Assembly (NCBI RefSeq): GCF_032191835.1
Contig: NC_083243.1
Span: 101,742,001 to 101,806,000 of the forward strand
Length of the DNA stretch: 64,000 nt
Source of the DNA: Heteronotia binoei
Lineage: Eukaryota
Direction of reading: 5' to 3'
The notes under the pieces are model-generated. The model searched no databases. It was not told the DNA's origin and worked only from the letters and a program-made list of their open reading frames with translations. Below are positions 63,701 through 64,000 of this stretch, piece after piece (within the stretch, counting starts at the first letter, position 1; every line of letters starts with the position of its first letter). The translations under genes and the position numbers were made by a program.

Positions 63701-64000
63701 TCGGGAGGCACAGGGACCGGACCCGGATGCAGAGTGGATCGTGACGCAGGGGTACTTGGAAATTGCAGGTCTCGTTGTACCCAGTCCACATGAGGGTTGT
63801 GAGCCTGAAGCCAGGACAGGCCTAGGATGACGGGAAATCGTGGCATGCGGGCCAGGTCAAAGGTTCGTTCCTCTTGGTGTTGCTGGACCCATAGGACAAG
63901 TGGTTGAGTCTCGTGAATGACGGGTCCAGAGCGCAGCAGACGCCCGTCTACAGCCTCGACCAGAGTAGGGATCTTCTTTTCCCGGATGGGGATGCCATGC
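60056..64000 (-). mobile_element. Ty3/Gypsy chromovirus-type LTR retrotransposon (end of protease region, RT, RNase H, integrase, chromodomain); continues beyond the window
   Basis: LCNDYRALN, YLDDILI, DASSVAIGAVL, zinc-binding GHFG...CEVC, integrase SMDF/SDRG, and chromodomain [12 protein letters not shown]...YLVDWEGY. Three lesions seen: TGA at 62416-62418, a 1-nt frameshift near 61945, TAG at 61541-61543. Confidence 0.96.

Noticed and set aside
1-64000. CRISPR arrays, true tRNA/rRNA genes or prokaryotic operons
   Set aside because: None seen. The tRNA-like segments are SINE heads and the locus is intron-rich vertebrate DNA.

Overview
This window is vertebrate genomic DNA, not prokaryotic. 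The repeats (Sauria/Squam-type SINEs; CR1, L2, RTE and Penelope retroelements; hAT MITEs) point to a squamate, most likely a gecko. It holds one protein-coding gene, on the minus strand from 54710 down to 14902. I reconstructed it by hand as 15 coding exons, each bounded by canonical AG/GT sites with consistent reading frame, giving 2664 nt (887 aa plus stop). The C-terminal ~505 aa are an ACCS orthologue (ACC-synthase-like, fold-type-I PLP enzyme) with the PLP-binding motifs intact. The N-terminal ~380 aa are not enzyme. They comprise a Myb/SANT-like trihelix DNA-binding domain encoded in the CpG island, a basic NLS-like motif and a long E/R-rich coiled coil. The coiled coil shares one uninterrupted exon with the start of the ACCS domain. 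The predicted product is therefore a DNA-binding-domain / PLP-enzyme fusion, analogous in architecture to bacterial MocR/GabR metabolite-sensing regulators; this is the main finding. The rest is a dense transposable-element landscape: RTE, a decayed autonomous hAT, several CR1 copies (one near full length), two L2 copies (one near intact), SINEs, hAT MITEs with 8-bp target-site duplications, a 262-bp hairpin MITE, and a young chromodomain-bearing Ty3/Gypsy element that runs off the right edge. All coordinates were read by eye. No database search was run.
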